A stretch of DNA of 64,000 nt from the human T2T-CHM13v2.0 reference genome, Homo sapiens: assembly GCF_009914755.1 (NCBI RefSeq), contig NC_060926.1; one strand, written 5' to 3'. A program made the translations under genes and the position numbers. The notes under the pieces were generated by a model. The model was not told where the DNA came from. It did not search any database and was given only the letters and a program-made list of their open reading frames with translations. Below are positions 31,874-64,000 of the stretch, in pieces. The stretch's first letter is position 1. Every line of letters starts with the position of its first letter.

Positions 31874-33796
31874 GCTTTATGTTAGGCAATTTATATTGCA
31901 ACAGGATGATCAGGGCCCCAAAAGAGGACTTTGGGTAAAGCCTGACTGAACACTTGATTGGATGGGGAACTGGATTTGAGGGGCAAGGAGGACATGATAA
32001 AGGCAAATGGTGCAAGCAAAAAAAAAGAAAGAAAAGCAACTAGGAACTCTAGGAAAAACAAAAAGCTTCCCAAGAAATGTAATCTTAGCACATTACTTGG
32101 CTCAGGAGACAATTTTCACAATCACAACAATGTAACAGTGTTCATAGGGTTTTAACATTTAGAATTAATCTATACAGAAGGCAAGGAAGGATTGTTTATG
32201 GTTATGGGACATGATATAAAGTTGACCTTGTAAAAACAAAAGGACAGGTGATAGGAGTTATGAGAGAGGAGGCTAAAGGGAGGACTAGGGACCTCAAAAG
32301 CCTTGTCTGACAGTGGAGTGGGTGGAGGGTTGAGGAATGCTGTCTAGAGTTGAGGGAGGGAGAAATTAAGCACTGGGATATGCCTCGGTGTGACCAAGGA
32401 TCCTACAGGGAAAAGAGCTTAAGTAGAGAAGGCTGTACATCAGCAAAATCCTTCTTGGTTGGACTGGAAGTTGCCCAAGGTCCCCTCTGCAAGGTCAGCT
32501 TCAATTCCCTTTAGCGGTGCACTGGCCAGCTGGCATGGCCTTTTTGTCCCAGAAGCCTGGCCTATCTTGAGGTCACCAAGCCCTCCCTCCCTCCTTCACA
32601 GCAGCCTCCCCTAGCCAACACTTCCTGCCATTTGTCCCTTGGGCCAGTCCTGCCTTCAAAGTTTGCCTGAGTATGGACTTCCTGAGCATTTGAGTCCTTT
32701 GATCCCCCTAGAGCCAGGAACAGAGGCCAGCAGAGGCTGGGCAGGGTGGTGGTTGCTGCGGGGATACCAGTTAGCAGTGGGGGTGGCAGGCCATAAATCC
32801 CTGGGGGAACAAAGGCAGCTGCGGCCTGTAGACTGTCCAGGCCCCTTGTGGGCAATCTGCCCAGGAGACTCAGAGAATCTCCGTTTGGTTTGGAAATAAA
32901 TCCCTTGGGGTTATATGGTAAATAAAAATACAATTAAGAGTCTTCCAAAAGCACTCAGGTTCAGTGAAACAACCATATCTGGCCATTTAGAGCAGTTTGC
33001 AGAGGCCTCTGTGCTCGCTAGGGAGGACTTTGCCTTTTATCCCATCAGCACTTGGCGTTAGGCAGCCAGGCTAGCAGGCAGAGGAGAGCCCCTCCCTTCT
33101 GCTCAGGGAGCTTCTCAGAGGCTGGGCATTGGGTTCAGGATCCATTCAGCTCTCTGCTCCCACCCCCAGGGTCATGGTTTGAAGAGTGGGAGGGATGGGG
33201 AGCAACTCTTCGGGCTTCCACAGTTTTGGCCTCACAAGGCTTCATTCATCACTGTGAAAGAAGGGCTGGGGTCAGGGGACTATGCCGCCCTGCCCATATC
33301 ATTCGCAATGGAGACATGTGACCTTCCTGGTGGAGCCTCCTGACCGCCCCACCTTTAGCCCTACCTAGCCCGATGACCAGAAGACAGGCAGCCAGCCTGG
33401 AAAGGCCAGGTAACCCAGGGCAGGGATGCAGGGAAGACAGAGGTGCGTGGAGGCAGAGCTGGGGGCACTCTGGGGCTGAGCCAGACAGCTGCACCCCTCC
33501 AACTAAAAGTGAAAAGACTGTGGGGCATGACACGATTAGGTTTGCATTACGTGAGTTCACTCCTGCAGCCTGAAGGAGGGTGTGTGTGTGACACGCACAG
33601 GAAGAAAGGGAGCCAGCAAGAAGCAAACGCTATAAGGGAGCTGACCGCCAGGAGGCCTTTGGGATGTAAGATTCTTTAATGCAGAATTCCTGGAGTTCTT
33701 TAAAAAAATTTTTTTTAAATAATCTTTGCTCTCTATTCAGGTTTTCCTTTGTGCTATGTGAAAAATACATACAAGTAAAAATAAAAATATACTTGC

Positions 33797-33802
33797 TTTA
33801 TT
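33797..33802 (-). terminator. PER2: PER2 polyadenylation signal AATAAA
   Basis: tttatt on +; U-rich sequence follows on the minus strand. Confidence 0.8.
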
Positions 33803-34479
33803 TACCAATTTTCTAAAAGGCAAACAGGTCATAAAAAGACACAAGCAGTCAAACAAATCTATTGCACTGGGTAAAGAAAGTTTGGTTTGCACACAAACAA
33901 ACCACTTGTCCAGCAAGGCTCAACAAATCATCACAGAAACTCTGAGAGCTTATTTACATATCTCTTCGGGAATATATTAAAAAGAAGGCTCAGTTTAAAA
34001 TAGAGAAAAACTGTTTAACACCTGTGTAAGCACACACACTAAAGAAAACATGACTTGATGCTTGGCATCACGTAAACAAATTCACAAGATGATCCTATTA
34101 AGTCAACTGCTTGGCACGCGCTGAAGCTACAGTTAACAATCAGTGAGCACATATTAAATGATAAAATAATGCTGATGGTAAACATTCATAACAGCAGAGT
34201 AAGATTTTGGCAGTTTTGTGTTTCGGTAACATAACTGTAACCTTAGATGAACACCTATCCCTTCATGATCTGACTTTAGAGGCAAGGAGTTTGTAACATC
34301 TAATGGCCATAAGAATGCAGACTGCTACCTTATCATAGGCATAGGCAGCTGATGTTACTTTGTAAATTAACGAAAAATTAAAGTGTTCTTGTGTTTATGA
34401 AGAATAGGTTTAATAGTCAGGCATAAGATGGTTTTACGATGAAAACCTAGTGGATTACAAAGAGATTTCACCTCCATCA

Positions 34480-34825
<346 letters not shown>

Positions 34826-36112
34826 TTAAGCCTCATAGTCTTGGTCCAATTTTAAGTCAACTGTTCTTCAGTGATAACTTTGAATTTCCACCAGGGACCA
34901 ATATTAAATTTTCTGAACCATCTTTGGAATATACAATGCAACATGAGGTTTTGTAAAAAGCCGGGCAGACTGGCCTCACTTTTCCCCAAGTGTCCAAATG
35001 ACCTAAAAGTGCTGGGGACACTGGCAGAGGCCTGAAGCTGCTCCGAGAGAGGTCGGGCTCATGAAAAGAATGAGGGCTGTGCACCCAACCCAGGGTGCAG
35101 TGGGAGAGGTGAGCTCACTGCACCCCTGAAAATACAGATGCAGTCGCAAGCTGTCAGACTGAGTGGCAGTGGCTGCTCTCGGCCAGGAGATGTGATGTGG
35201 GCTTGGCTGGGTGGAAGCAGATGTCTGGGTGGTTCCAACGGAAGAAAACCAAACAGGACTGGGTCTCACATGTGTTGGTCACAGCCTGGTTTGCAAAGGG
35301 AAGTCACCATAAAGAGATGACTGATGACATATTTTAATCTCCATATTGGCCATCATGGTCTGAAAAGGAGACAAGAATAATGCAGAAATATACAGAGGGT
35401 CTGTCTGCGTGTGCATTCATCCGATGGAGTTGGCCACACAAACCACTAGGCTTCTTTAGTCCAGAGCAAATGTTTCAACTTTGTTCACTACAAACAAAAC
35501 CTATGTCAGACTGAAATATTGACCACACCAGAAGCCAAAGCTGTTGGTTTGCCAAACAACGCTTCACACCATTTAATGTGAAACGTTTTGAAATAAAACT
35601 AGGAGAGGCTGCTATCTCCATTTGGTATGTATAAAAAAACACTCTACCTTGACTAAATGATAATTCAGATAAAAAGCAGTCCCCAAGAGAGGACAAAATT
35701 TGATCTGATCCAAACACCCTGGGAAAGCTCTGGAAGCCAGAGTCCCCAGCTGGTGCAGCAGACAGAGGTCTCGTCACAGTCACAGGACTTCTGGGAGCAC
35801 TGAGGCAACTTCCCTGACACTAAGAGGCGCTTAGTCTTTCTCAAGTTAAATAACAACTAAAATCTCTTCCCCATCCCACAAAACTCCACATATATATTTT
35901 ATATATAAAAACATATTTCTTTCCGAACTCTCCCCACTCTCCACAGTTTTAAGTCGCCCCTTCAGAAAACTATGTTGTTTTTTTTTCTAAAACAAAAAAA
36001 GCAACATGAGCATATGTGTCCATTTCAGTGGAAACAGCCATGAAGATCTTTCATCTCTTCCAAGCACCACCTGGTGTACCTCGCTGGCTGCCGGGCTGAG
36101 GTGGGGCAGGGG

Positions 36113-62930
<26,818 letters not shown>

Positions 62931-63237
62931 CTGCAGGAGAGACAGTGTTCACTCAGTGGGCAGAACCCAGCGCTTGGCCGGAGACAGTCACTAGCTCTTA
63001 CAAACTGAGGGCTCTACTTTTCTCAAATGAAAAGGTAGGATATAAATCTCGTCTTCCTGGGACACAGAACATACGGAAACGTGAAGGCAAAACAAACTCA
63101 CAGACAGAAATCGGGATATTTTTCCCTGAAACATCAGAAGGACTTTGATTATAAAATGTTTTAAAAGTGGCAACTACATTATTTAAGGTAATACGGTCGC
63201 AGAGTTCCAGCTGCCTCTCATGTTCTCCAGAAGGGGC

Positions 63238-63703
<466 letters not shown>

Positions 63704-64000
63704 CCCTAGAAAGTCTTTAATCATGATGGTATATTCACTTTTCCACACAGGACCACATGGCAACCCCTGCACATCTGACTCCCTGGGTGATGCCATCAGA
63801 CACCCCCATCCAGGCAGAACTGACTGCTTAAAAAAATAACAGGCACAAGAAACATTTGAAAGAAAGTTTTCAAAATAGAATCTGAAGAGGAGGGCCACTC
63901 CATCTGAGTTCCCACGTCATCCTGGGTGTATCCGGCGGGCTCTGGGGTGACAAGCCTGTCTCTGGGTGTCGGTGCTCATGGCCACAGCGGCCCTCACTCC

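Overview
Primate (almost certainly human, 2q37.3) genomic DNA. 1-14100 is a nest of fossil mobile elements: ERV1 gag-pro-pol, an L1 with its 5' end, MLT1, a fragmented hAT transposase, a MER52-like solo LTR and many Alus. At 21551-24096 (+) a processed TARDBP (TDP-43) retrocopy sits between two CpG-rich halves that each carry a ZNF143-type motif. HES6 is complete (-, 4 coding exons, 224 aa). PER2 exons 5-23 and the 3'UTR follow (-); the gene continues past the right edge. Best lead: the retrocopy (i) lacks exactly TARDBP exon 4, (ii) keeps an open 112-codon N-terminal-domain+NLS ORF next to a promoter, and (iii) keeps the TDP-43-binding 3'UTR. Other leads: a zero-spacer inverted Alu fusion, an excess of AAG acceptors in PER2, a perfect palindrome over the exon-19 branch point, and a UG-rich intronic VNTR with splice-site-like motifs. 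Gene names, parent-gene sequences, exon numbers and repeat subfamilies come from memory, not from a search. Functional claims are inference.
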